Assembly (NCBI GenBank): GCA_964016885.1
Contig: OZ024744.1
Coordinates: forward strand, 81,840,001-81,904,000
DNA length: 64,000 bases
From: Eledone cirrhosa
Taxonomy: Eukaryota
Direction: 5' to 3'
The notes below the pieces were generated by a model, which was not told the DNA's origin, did not search any database, and saw nothing but the letters and a program-made list of their open reading frames with translations. Positions 40,661-54,991 of this stretch are shown piece after piece (the stretch's first letter is position 1; every line of letters begins with the position of its first letter). The translations under genes and the position numbers were made by a program.

Positions 40661-41707
40661 ATGTTATGGATAAAAAACATGAAATGAGATTTAAAATCTG
40701 TTAAAAATTTACACTGGGAGATCCTAGCTAAAAGCTAGATCGTATAACGAAAATAAAAGACCATGTGACCTCTGCGCCGCTGAGGCCCTGGAAATACTCT
40801 AGGCCAAAGACCACTTCTTAAACAAAATATCTGAAGCAATTTCGGTTTGTAAACATAAATTGCACAACATTTTCCACATTATACCCTAACGGATAGTACG
40901 ACCTATACGCGGATATTTACGTCTTGATGTGGTAGCTAAGTATATGTTTATACCATTACTTATTTGTATGGGTAAGTATATATTACCTGTATGTTTTGTG
41001 AAGGTACGTATACTTTCTAGTACGTATATTTGCTTGTATATGTTATGGCGTATATATTATATACTGGTACATGTGCATACGGTTATGTGTATACGTGCGT
41101 TCTGCGTCTGTGTGAGTATGCGGGTTCGTACGTATGTTTTCAATTACCTCTGTAATTTATTTATTTTATTCTTAACTCTGAAGCCGAGAATGATTCGGTT
41201 TCCTAAATAGAATTTTAGCCTACGACTTCAGTTATACCATATAATTGGTTTTGTCTTTGCGTGTAATTGTTCTCACCGATCCACATAATGACGTATTATC
41301 TTCGTTTTTTCCGTTCATTGCCAGAGAACGTTTCCACGAACCACCTAATAAAATATTAGTCTACGACTTCATTTATATCATAAACGTGGTTTTGTCTTTG
41401 CGTGTAATTGTTTTAACCGCTCCAATTAATGACGTATTATCTTCGTTTTTATCCGTTCTTTGCCAGGGAACGTTTCCACGAACCAAAGTATCGTCTTCCT
41501 GTCTTCCTTCGGTTGCAACGTTTTTTGAAATATTTACTTCTGCGTTCACAGATTGATTTTTTTAGATTCAGAAGATCCCGTTAAGAGTGAAAGCAGCGAT
41601 TCTTTGCTTAAACTTTAATCTTTTATTTTAATAAATATATATATATATATATGTAGGCTACAGGGCACTCTGTAGCCTACATAGAGCACTCTTTCCGACG
41701 GAATTAC

Positions 41708-41778
<71 letters not shown>

Positions 41779-41927
41779 TGAAATTTCAGTTAGAAACAGA
41801 AAAGGTCATAGAAATGAAGAGTGCTCTATGTCAGTATCAGAGCAAAATTTAATGTATAAAATTAAATGTATAACATTTTTGATTTTCTTGATGTGTTTTT
41901 CTAAGTATTTGCCCATGTTTTATATTG

Positions 41928-41997
41928 CCTCGTCTGACGAACGAATGAAGTCGTTTATTTCGTATTCGCCTCATTCGGGAAACCTCTGGTAATGAGG
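41928..41997 (+). ncRNA. Type I hammerhead ribozyme
   Basis: CCTCGT-CTGACGA-aCGAATGA..TCATTCGg-GAAACC tct GGTA-ATGAGG. Confidence 0.8.
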
Positions 41998-42022
41998 TAA
42001 TAATATTGTATTGATTTTATAC

Positions 42023-42064
<42 letters not shown>

Positions 42065-42241
42065 GAAAAAGGTTCAGGACCCTAACGGCAGAGCTCAAGC
42101 CGCTTCAACGGCTATTTCTGATGCGTCCAGAAATAGCCATCAGGGTCCTGAACCTTTTCCTTTTACCCGCTCTACTACCCAAAGTATCAAGTAGTCTGGT
42201 GCGTTACGGTCCCCCTTCTTCCTTACCACACTTCCTTCGTT

Positions 42242-42342
<101 letters not shown>

Positions 42343-43414
42343 AACAAGTAGGACCCCGACGGCTGAGCTCAAGCCGTTTCGACGGCTAATTCTGGACTAA
42401 ATGAAAATGTTTAGCCTGGTAAATGAATAGCCTTCATTTCCTTCTTCCCCCATCCCTTCCTAGTCCTTCCACCCCAGATCTCCTTCTTTGTCGTCGTTCT
42501 TTTCACATTATCGCCCACCCCAATGCAGCCCTTCTGTCCTCTGCAGCCTCATTTTATGATAGAATTGGCCGATTCCGCTTTTTATAGCAGATGTGCTAGA
42601 CACAAGGTACTTGCTCTGTTCTCTGGTTGCGGCCACATTTCCGTGATTTCTAGATTTCTTAGTGGTATTTCTGCTTTAGTTTCTCGTATATCAGTATTTA
42701 TTTTTTGGGATTCTGAATTAATTTTTCGTATTAGTTTTTCATATATATTGAACGAGTATTTATGTAGATTGTATTAGAATTTGTGTATTGTAGCAGTACT
42801 TATATATATCGTATTAGAATTCATGTTTCGGGATTCTGAATTAATATTTCGTATTAGTTTTTTAGTATGTTGGCCCTCAACTTGTTGACCTGTCATTGTA
42901 AGATAGATTTGGCCGATTACTACTAACTATTGTAGCGGTGGTAGAGCCGCTGTAATGATGGGCTCATAAAATTCTTTCACTACAATCTCGTATTTAGTAT
43001 TCCTTCCCACCTATTAAACTTTTCTATAGCTTAGCAGTACCAGTGAGAGATTTGATGATTGTGGAAGGGAACTAGTAACCAGAAATTGTTTTTTTTATAT
43101 TTTTTATATTTTCTATATATTTACTCCATTTAGATTTACTTATTGTTTCAACTTCCTCCCCCTCCCCTTCTCTAGTATACTTTTTTCGACCTTCTATACA
43201 CTATCCTTAGAATCTGATGTAGTTTTCACTTTCAACGCTTGATTGGGTTTACTCCACCCTCTCCCTCTTTCTTCTACTGGCAAGTTCAGCTACCCCTACC
43301 TTCCACAAAATGCCATGATAGAATCATGTGTCTTAACAACAAACTTTTGTCCAATCCTTGTGACAATCACTTTTACCATATATGGAATTACCCCATGAGA
43401 AGTTCGGCTATTCA

Positions 43415-46140
43415 TTTACCATTATAATTAAGGAAGCGGACAAGGGTAGTACTGTCGTCATTATGGATGCTGAAAAATATAAAACTTCTATTCTTACAAA
43501 ATACTAATTACTATGAAAGAGTAAAAAACTACCAGCAATCAAAAACGATACCAGGAAGACTTAACTAAAAAGGAACATGATTATTTAACACATTTTGAAT
43601 ACAAAACCTGCAACCTTTCCGGACTTCCGAAGATCCACAAGTGTAAAATAATTAAAGACGCCTGTAAACAATCCACCTCAACCTGCGTGAACACACAATA
43701 CCCCCACAGGCCTTAAATTATGATCAATTGTAGCGGGCCCACAATATGGAACACACAGACTAAGCAACTTTATAGACATACTACTAAAACCAATTCTCAA
43801 ACACATACCAAACCTTGTAAGAGACGATCTGGACCTCTTAAAGCACCTCCCCAAACATGTCAACAACGACAATATTATTGTGTCTTTCGATGTAGTGAAT
43901 CTCTACACAACGATCCCACACCAATACGGACTAGAAGCAATAGGATTCTGGCTAGAGAAATATCCCAATGAGATACCTGGCAGAATAGAAAAAAGCTTCA
44001 TCACCGAGGGATTAAAATTTATCTTACAGAACAACTTTTTTGATTTCGATGGCAGTACTTACAAACAAATATCGGGGACTGCGATGGGTACAAAAGCCGC
44101 TCCAACTTATGCCAACTTAGTCATGGCATACTAAGAAGTCCAGATATATGAACAGTCCAAATCAAATTACGGATTGAACTTCCACAAATATTAATCAGAG
44201 AATTGGAAAGGCTACTTGGATGATTGTCTCATTCTTTGGTCCCACACACTCGATCAACTGAATGATTTCAAAAATAACGGCATCAATAACCACATCCAAT
44301 TCACAATGGATTACAGCCAAGATCAACTCCCATTTCTGGACATCTTAAACTTACAAAAAGACACAAATATTGAAACTGACATACACTACAAACCAACAGA
44401 TTCCAAACAATACCTGCTATTCATCTCCAACCATCCAAAGCACACGAAGACGAACATTCCTTTTAACCTAGCAAGAAGAATTTGCACAATTGTCTCCAAT
44501 TATGAAACGCGAAATAAAAGACTTCAAGAATTAAAGGAAATTCTACTCGAAAGACAGTACCCACCATTACTAATAAATAATGGAATAGAAAGGGCTAAAG
44601 CAATAGGCATTGATGAATTACGAAAACAGAAACAAATCCAATATTCTATCATATATCTCAACACACAACCCAAGAAATGCGGAAGCTTACAACACTATTC
44701 ACAAAAATATCCCACTATTGAAACAATACCCAAGAATGAAAAAAGCCCTTGAAACACACAAGATAATCAAAAGCAAAAGACAACAGAAATCACTAAAAAC
44801 ATTACTCACCAATGCCAAATTGCCTACCACAAACCCACAACCAACTGTCAAAAAATGTGGTCGCTCTAATTATGGAACCTGCACTCACCTCATTGCAAGC
44901 AACACGTATACATTTCAATCAGGACAAAATTTTGCTGTAAAAAATCACTTCACTTGCTTATCAAAATATCTATTTTATGCCATTAAATGTAAATGATGCA
45001 ATGAAGATTATATAGGACAAACTAAACTCACACTCAGAAACAGAATGACAGTTCATCGCCAACAATTACGAGATCCAACCACGAGACAGATACCACTAAG
45101 TGCACATCTAGACATATGCGCAAGTAATAAGACACCCAAATTCCAAGTCTTCCCATTTTACCTTTTCGCTGACAATACAACAGAACAAATACGAATAAAT
45201 AAGGAAAATATGTTTATTCAAAAATATAGACCAGCATTAACTATAGTTTAATATACACTATGTCAACACCATAACATGCTAACCATCCAAACATACACAT
45301 ACATACACACACGCATAACACCTTCTACTCTAGAAAATAAAAACCAGAACTAAATGAACCTTAACATACGTTAATACTCTAACACCTTAACATGCTAACC
45401 ACCCCCCACACACACATAACACCCATAGACACACACACACAACTCCCTCCCCCATTTCTACTAATAGAATCATCTTCCTACACATACACACATACGCGCA
45501 CACAAGAACACAAATAAACATACATATCTCTACTTTCTTTATTTCAATAGAAAGTCTGAATTCTGACACTCCAGCGAACCAGCCATATTCACTGAACCAG
45601 AACAAATCTCCCCATCCCATTTCTCTTGACCATTATCTTTTGTTTGTCATAAAATTCTCTAAAAGGCTACAAAATAAATTCCCAAACTCGGGCGCGAAAT
45701 TTAATGAACTTGTTCACGTGACAGTCATAATTTAATTTATAACCAATCAAATTATATTTATAAAAAAAAGCCTTCGGGGCCACTTTTTTTAAAGTAAAAA
45801 GAAATTCAAACAAACTGGCGCGAAAGCTGATGTGCTTATTCACGTGACTGCATCAACCAACCATACTTCACTCATATATGAAAAAACAACCTGAGCCCCC
45901 CCCCCCTTGTTTGAAGAACTTTGTAACGCGAACTGGCGCGAAAATTATTATACTTATTCACCAACCAATTAAATTACTTCTCTAAAAACCTGGCGTTTCG
46001 AGCCACTTTTTTCCATATAAAATAAGTAACATTCAAAGACCAACCAAATGTGAGAAAAACCACAAACCCTCCATCTCAACTCTACTTTTGAAAAGCAGAA
46101 GAATTGCGAAACCGGTAAAGGAACCAAATAAATACATATA
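43415..46140 (+). mobile_element. Penelope-like element (RT + GIY-YIG pseudogene) with 3' terminal region
   Basis: IIIKEADKGSTVVIMD, SFDVVNLYTTIPH, GTAMGTKAAPTYANL, YLDD, YAIKCK.CNEDYIGQT; coding ends at 45251; degenerate hammerhead at about 46085-46121. Confidence 0.9.
45685..45975 (+). promoter_or_regulatory. Triplicated ~120-bp unit with E2F site, E-box and CCAAT box
   Basis: GGCGCGAAA at 45691, 45817 and 45935; CACGTGAC at 45715 and 45841; CCAAT at 45743 and 45965. Confidence 0.55.
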
Positions 46141-46188
46141 TATTTTTAAAAATAAGACTCCAGCTGCATTTTCGATTTCATCTTTTTT

Positions 46189-46236
<48 letters not shown>

Positions 46237-46393
46237 TTATTTTTACCCCCTAACTTTACCTCATGCATCAGTCTGTATATTTTTCCCGTTATTTTATTTT
46301 ATATATTTCTTATTTATATTTTATTTTATTTCACCCTCGCTTTCAATTGTAATAGCCTTTGTTTTTATTTTCATATCTTACGTCCATATTAAA

Positions 46394-46469
46394 TATTCAT
46401 TCTGATGAGCGATTTCAGACGTCTCTGTTGAACTCGTCTGTTTTCGTGAAACCTTTGGTAAATGGAATA
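46394..46469 (+). ncRNA. Type I hammerhead ribozyme
   Basis: TATTCATT-CTGATGA-GCGA..CAGACG..CGTCTG..TCGT-GAAACC ttt GGTA-AATGGAATA. Confidence 0.82.
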
Positions 46470-46559
46470 CTTTTCTTATGTTGTTTATTACACAATTAAA
46501 TAGCTCTGTAGCATACATAGAGCACTCTCCCTTTCTTTACCCTTCCTACGGAAATACTT

Positions 46560-46631
<72 letters not shown>

Positions 46632-46653
46632 CACAAACACACAAATATATGTA

Positions 46654-46717
<64 letters not shown>

Positions 46718-46964
46718 TTACACACACATATATATGTTTATATATATGTATATATATATATATATATATACACATATATATGTATGTGTGTATGTGTGTG
46801 TGTGTTTGTGCCTGTATGTGTGTCCTGTATAGAATAAATATCTAATATATTTATTAAGATTCTACAGAATCGCTCTGTAGTAGTCCATGGATAGGGACAA
46901 GAAACTCCAAGGAACGTAATGATAGTAGCTCTACGCGTATATATTAAATATTATTTGTACTCTA

Positions 46965-47990
46965 GGGCGGTGAATTGGCAATATCGGTAGAGAGTTGGAC
47001 GCCATGCTTTCTAGCATAGTTACGTCCCTTTACGGTTTGAGTTCAAATCCCGCCGAGGTTAACTTTGCCTTTCATCCTTACGGGGTCGATAATATAAAGT
47101 ACCAGTAATGTACTGAGTAATTGCTGGCCTTGTGCCTAAAGTAGATATAATTATTTGTACTCTAGGAATTGTATTAGTATTTCTATTTTGCTCGTAGTAC
47201 TACTATACAAGCAATTATGGTGGATTGGAAGTATCGGTAGAGAGTCGCACGCCATGCTTTCCAGTCCTTTACAGACTGAGTTCAAATCTCGCCGAGGTTA
47301 ACTTTGCCTTTTATCCTTGCGGGGTCGATAAAATAAAGTACCAGTAATGCACTGGGATAATTGCTGGCCTTATACCAAAAGTAGAAACAATTATACATAT
47401 GATTGTTTTACTAACAATTTACCCCCCCCCCCCATCCACACACACGCACTTATTGAGTGTCAAAATCCTGTGAACTGAAGACATTCAAACATCACCTGAA
47501 TGAGCACTCAATACATGTAAGTAGAGTGTAAAATTTACTGGTCAGAATAGTGTTAGTGACTTCATGTATGTATATATGTATATATGTATGTATGTTCTGG
47601 TTTCAGGTAGATTGTAGTATCGGTAGAGGGTCGGACGCCATGCTTTGTCGTATAGAGTTACGGCCCTTGCCATTCTGAGTTCAAATCCCGCCGAGGTTAA
47701 CTTTGCCTTTCATCCTTACGGGGTCGATAAAATAAAGTACCAGTATTGCACTGGGTATTTTGCTAGACATGTGCCAAACGTAGAAACAATTATTTTATTG
47801 GTGGATTGGCAGTATCGGTAGAGGGTCGGACGCCATGCTTTGACGCATTGAGTTACGGCCCTTGCCATTCTGAGTTCAAATCCCGCTGAGGTTAACTTTG
47901 CCTTTCATCCTTACGGCGTCGATAAAATAAAGTACCAGTAACACTGGGATAATTGCTGGCCTTGTGCCAAAAGTAGAAACAATTATTTTA
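46965..47990 (+). mobile_element. Cluster of four ~185-bp tRNA-derived SINEs (core resembles the Meta/MESC domain)
   Basis: Repeated GAGTTCAAATCCCGCCGAGGTTAACTTTGCCTTTCATCCTTACGGGGTCGATAAAATAAAGTACCAG; further copies at 55855-56025 (+) and 60217-60365 (-). Confidence 0.85.
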
Positions 47991-48310
47991 TAATTTTTTA
48001 CCAACATAGAGACGAGGCTCTTTCATCGGAATTTGGGCAACATCAACTAGGTAAATATGTATGTATGTTTGCATGCGTGTGTTTGAGTGCGTCTATGTGT
48101 GTATATGTGTGTAGGTATGGTTATTGTTGTATGTGTGGATCTGTATGCTTTGAGTTATAAGTGTACACGTGCGTATATTTTGTATCTATACATGTGTATA
48201 TGCAGTTATTAGATGCCGAATTTTAGGAATGTTTTACATATTTATGTATGTACGTACGCATGTATGTATATATGTTTGTGTGTATGTATGTATTTATGTA
48301 TGTATGTATG

Positions 48311-51300
48311 GACCGCTCTTGTTGCAAAGGAGCTTCGACGTTACGATCTTGACATCGTAGCTTTATCTGCTCTTGTGGATAAATTAGAAGAATTCCCAGT
48401 AGGGATTAGTGAGCGTCTTATGTCCATGAGAATTCCGCTGGACAAAGGAAGATATGCGACCCTGGTGAGTGTGTATGCTCCAACTATGAATTCTGTCGAT
48501 GAACAAAAAGTGTCCTTTTACCATGCCTTGAAAGGTCTTTTAAGAAATATCCCTCAGGCAGACAAGGTCATCGTGCTTGGTGACTTTAATGCTAGAATGG
48601 GTAGGGATTTTAACACATGGAATGTAATCGGAAGGCATGGGCTGGGAAAGTGTAACAACAATGGTATGCTCCTGCTGCAGATGTGTGAGGAGCTGGATCT
48701 GTGTGTTACCAACACCATGTTCCAACAAAAGAACAAATTTAAGACTACATGGATGCATCCTGCATCTAAGGAATGGCATGTTATGGACTACGTCCTAGTC
48801 AGGATGTGCAGTGTGTTCGTGCTCTTCGTGGGGCTGAGTGCTGGACAGACCACCGCCTGGTACGTGCAAAAGTGAAACTAATCACTAAACGTAAAATCCG
48901 GGCTTCTGGTGTTACTCTGCCCAGAAGATTGAATGCTGCTCGAGATAAAAATGTGAAGAGGACATTGCGAGAAGAGTTGCATGTTGCAGATCTTGGTGAG
49001 TATTGGCCGACCCTTAAAAAGTCGGTTTATGATGTAGGCAGGTGTGTTCTGGGATTGGTGCAAAGAAAACATCAAGACTGGTTTAATGAGAATGATGTAC
49101 ATATAGAAGACTTGTTGGCTGATAAGAGGCGAGTTCTATCACGCTACTTGACGGCAAAACCACAGGAGAAGAATATGTTGCATAAGGAACTCAGGGATGT
49201 AAAATCGCGTGTGAGGCGGAGTCTTTCTCAGATGAAGGATAAGTGGTGGAGTGAGGAGGCTGATGAGATACAAGCTGCGTCAGATTCCAATAACACAAAG
49301 CTGTTGTACAGTCTCTTGCGTGAAGTTTATGTACCATCGTCTTCTCTGGTGACACCGCTTTGCAGCAAGGATGGCAAGGAACTTCTTCATGACTCACAAG
49401 GAATTCTGCGAAGGTGGCGAGAGCACTTTGAGGAACTTTTGAATCAGCCGTCTGTCGTCAATGAAGATTTCCTCAATCTCATCCCTGAAAAACCTGTGAA
49501 AGTAGCTCTCGCAGAACCTCCGACGCTTGTGGAGGTTGCAGTAGCTATCTCGAAGCTGAACAGTGGAAGGTCTCCAGGTATGGATGGCATACATGCTGAG
49601 CTTCTACAATATGGTGGTGAGAGACTCCTGCAACATCTTCACTCTTTGTTTGGCAGGATATGGGCTAGTGAATCCATACCTGAGGACTGGAGAGATGCAG
49701 TAATGGTGGTCTTGTACAAGGGAAAGGGTAACAGGAACGATTGTGGGAACTACAGAGGTATATCATTGCTTTCTGTCGTAGGAAAAGTTTTATGTAGGGT
49801 GCTTCTGGACCGTCTGCTGACACACATTGTAGATTGTGTTTTCCTGAAAGTCAATCTAGTTTTTGTGCTGCACGCGGCACTACTGATATGATCTGCTCAG
49901 CTAGACGGCTCCAGGAGAAGTGCATGGAACAAGGTTTGGATCTGTATCAGGTTTTTGTCGATCTGACAAAAGCTTTCGATACTGTTAACAGATATGCATT
50001 ATGGAAGGTTCTCCAGAAACTTGGTTGCCCTGATAATTTCCTTGCTTTAGTTACGTCTTTCCATGACGACATGAAGGCTTGGGTTAATGTCGGAGGTAAC
50101 ATGTCGGAGCCTATCTCAGTAAAAAATGGAATGAAACAGGGGCATATTTCAGCACCGACCCTATTTGCCATATACTTTGCAAAGGTTTTCTGTATTGCAT
50201 TCAGGAATTGCGAGCATGGTGTTTACATCCAATATCGAACCTGTGGCAGCATATTTAACATCAGGCGCTTTGCTGCAAAAACAAATGTATTTACATCAAT
50301 CATAAGAGACCTCTTGTATGCAGATGGTTGCGATCTTGTGCACACAGAGTGATATGCAGCACATTTTGAATGCATTTTCCGATGCTTGCACTGCCCTAGG
50401 ATTGACTCTCGTCTCAAGAAAACCGTCGTCATGTACCAACCTGCCCCTGGTAAGCAGTACAGTGAGCCAAATATATATGTTTATGGTATACGGCTTGGAG
50501 TGGTTGATCAGTTTGTCTACCTGGGAAGCACTGCCAATTGATACAGCAACCTTGATAATGAAATTCCACTCAGGATTAGGAAAGCAAGCGATGCTTTCGG
50601 AAAGCTAGAAAAGCGCCTCTGTGGTCGGCGAGACATATGCAAGAAGACAAAGGTAAAGGTGTACAAGGCATGAGTACTCTCTTCTCTTCTTTATGCCTGC
50701 GAGACCCGGGTCACATATCGACACCACCTTAAGCAATTGGAGCGTTTCCATCAGATGTGTCTCAGACGGATCCATGGCGTTCACTGGAGGGACAACATCA
50801 GTGATGTCGAGATTTTGGAAAGCTCTATGTGTGACAGTATAGAAGCTCTTGTGCTTAAGCAACGACGCCGTTGGAGTGGTCACCTTGCCAGGATGAAGGA
50901 TTCTAGAATACCAAAACAACTATTTTATGGTGAGTTAGTTAAAGGAAAACGACCGCCACATAAACCAAAAAAAGAGGTATAAGGCTCCTTGAAAGCCTCT
51001 TTGAAAGACGCTAACATCTCTGCTGATACATGGGAAAATGTAGCTGCTGATCGTAATAAATGGAGAAAGACTGTATATGAGGGAAAAGTTGCCTTTGAGG
51101 CATCTCGAATCGCATACGAGAAAGTAAAGCGGGATGTGAGGAAGGGCATTGCTGTTGCACTTCCAGACGGCGAGGGTCCTCCTATGGTGCTGACATGCAG
51201 CGTATGTGCGAGACTCTGCCTAAGCAAAGCTGGACTCGAAAGTCATCTTCGCAGTCATAAAGTAAGACCAGTGGTTGACTACCAGGCTGCTGTTGGAGAT

Positions 51301-51500
51301 GCTACTCATCATGCTTGCCAAACATGTGGTAGAGAATGTAAATCAGCAGGAGGGCTCAAGCGACATGTAAAAGTACATGAACTCCAACCACAGCCGGCTA
51401 TTCCCAGTGAATGTTTTGGTTGCCGACTCTGTGCAAGACATTTTAGATCATTGGCTGGGCTAAAAAGCCACATTCGATCGCAGCGCTGTTAGTGGTTATC
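48311..51500 (+). mobile_element. RTE (BovB-like) LINE pseudogene: APE, RT and three C-terminal C2H2-type zinc fingers
   Basis: SVYAPT, LGDFNA, TDHRLV, NYRGISLLS, VDLTKAFD, LLYADG, RRRWSGHLARM; CSVC..SH..SH, CQTC..RH..VH, CRLC..SH. Confidence 0.92.
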
Positions 51501-51659
51501 GTGTGTGTGTGTGTGTGTATAGATATGTTTATGTGTGCGCGTGTGTGTGTGTATATATATATGTATATGTATATTATTATTGTTGTTATTATTATTATTA
51601 TTATTGTTATTAATGTATATGTGTGTATGTATATATATATGTGTGTATATCTATATATA

Positions 51660-51712
<53 letters not shown>

Positions 51713-51720
<8 letters not shown>

Positions 51721-51849
51721 TAAAATAACAGATTAAAGTTTAAGCAAAGAATCGCTGCTTTCACCCTTAACAGGATCTTCAGAAGATCCCGTTAAGGGTG
51801 AAAGCAGCGATTCTTTGCTTAAACTTTAATCTGTTATTTTAATAAATAT
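51713..51849. repeat. Near-perfect 137-bp palindrome centred on a hammerhead-like core
   Basis: 68-bp arms, one mismatch, 1-nt loop; a single arm recurs at about 41570-41637. Confidence 0.9.
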
Positions 51850-51931
51850 TTGCTCTACGGTTTTTATATATTTGATATATATTTTCCTTATCGAGCCCTC
51901 TTTGGATTTTAGTCTTCAATTTTATTATTAT

Positions 51932-52009
<78 letters not shown>

Positions 52010-52113
52010 CTTTTTTTAATTTAATTTAATCTTTTATTTATCTATTAATATATATATATTTTTCTCCTCGTGCAATCGCCATACTCGTTAACGAGGGGGC
52101 AGCCATCATAATG

Positions 52114-52147
<34 letters not shown>

Positions 52148-52204
52148 TGTATGTATGTATGTATGTATGTATGTATGTATGTATGTATGTATGTATGTAT
52201 GTAT

Positions 52205-53846
52205 GTCAGGTCACCACTTGGTGCTACTGGTAACATGTATCCCAGTACAACCTGTCTCATGGTCGGGTCGTTGGCGACTAAACTGGCAACCCCACCAAGG
52301 TTTCTTGGTGAGGAGGGTGACTTTGGACATCCTGCAGGACTAAAAACAAAACCTGTCAAAGGGCAAAGGAGCTCTTAAGAGTCAATGGCCATCCAAAATC
52401 ACTGGGAGAGATGACCCCTTAGCCTTTGTCAAGGCAGAATTCTAGGAGAAGGAAAACTCTGATATAACACCTGCAACCCTGATAGTATCCAATGATGTTG
52501 ACTTGTTCTTCTTTTTGGTAAATATCATCTTGGTTAAGAGAGTGGGACTGGCTTTGTGCAGTGCCTTTGCTCACTATAAAAGCTTCACGGCACAGGCATT
52601 GCTTTATATCTGGAGATCTCTCTGCACTTGTCGTCACATGGTACCAAAGGCAAAGCACTATGTGTCAATAATTGTCACAAGTGTAGTGTTTGTACCAGAG
52701 TTTTCAAGTCGCTGGCTGGACTAAAAAGTCACACTCGTTCAGCACATCGGTAGGGGTTCTCCTACATGGATATAAAGTAGTGGCCGTACTCGAAAACGAG
52801 TTGGCAGCCACCATATATATGTGTCTGTATGTATGTATGTGTATATATGTATATATGTATGTATGTGTATATATATATATGTATATATGTATGTGTATGT
52901 ATATATATGTATGTATGTATGTGTATATATGTATATGTGTGTATGTATGTGTGTGTGTATGTATGTATGTATGTATATATGTATATATATATATATATGT
53001 ATGTATGTATGTGTATATATATATATATATATATGTGTATGTATGTATGTATATATGTATGTGTATATATGTGTATATATGTCAGGTCACCAGTTGGTGC
53101 TACTGGTAACATGTATCCCAGTACAACCTGTCTCATGGTCGGGTCGTTGGCGACTAAACTGGCAACCCCACCAAGGTTTCTTGGTGAGGAGGGTGACTTT
53201 GGACATCCTGCAGGACTAAAAACAATACCTGTCATCAAAGGGCAAAGGAGCTATTAAGAGTCAATGGCCATCCAAAATCACCGGGAGAGATGACCCCTTA
53301 GCCTTTGTCAAGGCAGAATTCTAGGAGAAGGAAAACTCTGATATAATACCTGCAACCCTGATGGTATCCAATGATGTTGACTTGTTCTTCTTTTTGGTAA
53401 ATATCATCTTGGTTAAGAGAGTGGGACTGGCTTTGTGCGGTGCCTTTGCTCACTATAAAAGCTTCACGGCACAGGCATTGCTTTATATCTGGAGATCTCT
53501 CTGCACTTGTCGTCACATGGTACCATGGGCCCAGCACTATGTGTCAATAATTGTCACAGGTGTAGTGTTTGTACCAGAGTTTTCAAGTCGCTGGCTGGAC
53601 TAAAAAGTCACTCGTTCAGCGCATCGGTAGGGGTTCTCCTACATGGATATAAAGTAGTGGCCGTACTCGAAAACGAGTTGGCAGCCACTATGTATGTATG
53701 TATGTATGTATGTATGTATGTATGTATGTATGTATGTATGTATGTATGTATGTATGTATGTATGTATGCATATAGACACACGCACGCACACATCTCCCTT
53801 TCTTTCTCATTCTCCCCCGACGCTCTCTCTCTCTCTCTCTCTCTCG

Positions 53847-53900
<54 letters not shown>

Positions 53901-54248
53901 TACAACCTATCCCATGGTCGGCTCCTTGGCGACTAAACTGGCAACCCTACCAAGGTTTCTTGGTGAGGAGGGTGACTTTGGACATCCTGCAGGACTAAAA
54001 ACAAAACCTGTCAATGGCCATCCAAAATCACCGGGAGAGATGACCCCTTAGCCTTTGTCAAGGCAAAATTCTAGGAGAAGGAAAACTCTGATGTAACACC
54101 AATAATTGTCACAGGTGTAGTGTTTGTACCAGAGTTTTCAAGTCGCTGGCTGGACTAAAAAGTCACCCGTTCAGCGCATCGGTGGGGGTTCTCCTACATG
54201 GATATAAAGTAGTGGCCGTACTCGAAAACGAGTTGGCAGCCACCACCA
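52205..54248 (+). mobile_element. Head-to-tail array of a ~600-bp non-autonomous RTE-derived element with (TATG)n tails: 52205-52812, 53081-53689, 53900-54248 (deleted)
   Basis: Near-identical units; 3' end encodes [22 protein letters not shown], homologous to the RTE C-terminus at 51420-51492; 5' part has CTAGGAGAAGGAAAACTCTGA. Confidence 0.85.
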
Positions 54249-54350
54249 TGTATGTATGTATGTATGTATGTATGTATGTATGTATGTATGTATGTATGCA
54301 TATAGACACACGCACGCACAAATCTCCCTTTCTTTCTCATTCTCCTCCCA

Positions 54351-54474
<124 letters not shown>

Positions 54475-54991
54475 ATATATATATATATATACAATTAAAG
54501 AAATGACAACACAATCATAGGGATGCAAAACACAAAGTCTTATTAGTATCTCACCGAAGAGGAAGTAAATGAGGGTTCGGCGCTTCGGACGTAAATTTTT
54601 TATTCAGGAAAGGGAGAGTTCGGAGGGAGAAAATCAGGCCGGAAGATCGGAGTTTGGAAAAGAAGTTTTTAAGAATGTTTGGGCTGGTAGACGATTGATA
54701 ATCGTCTTTCGCAATCAAGTATGACTTGGTAGTATGTACAATGGATTTGCTCAGGGTTTTATGTGTCTATGTAGTTGCGAGTAGACGCAGACACTGTCTC
54801 AACCCTCCATCCCTTGATTCACTAGAACATTCAGAATGTGAAAGCTGGAAAGAAAGGGGACTGAACCTGTACCAATATTAGTACCAGTACCAGGTTGCTA
54901 CTTTCTTTATCAACCCCGAAAAGATGAAAGGCAAATGAAACTTCGACATGATTTGTACTTAGAGCCAGAACAAATATCCAATGCTCTAGAG

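Noticed and set aside
41211-41483. Two-copy ~140-bp tandem repeat (also about 42705-42865)
   Set aside because: Ordinary local duplication with no functional signal
46965-47990. CRISPR-like or tRNA gene array
   Set aside because: Units are ~185-bp SINEs with dispersed copies elsewhere; no full cloverleaf and no cas genes
52205-52350. HDV-like ribozyme at the 5' end of the RTE derivative (GGTCACC/GGTGACT with a G-U pair, CTAA after a hairpin)
   Set aside because: I could not build P3/L3/P1.1 with the pyrimidine-rich loop in the right order; structured, but the fold is unassigned
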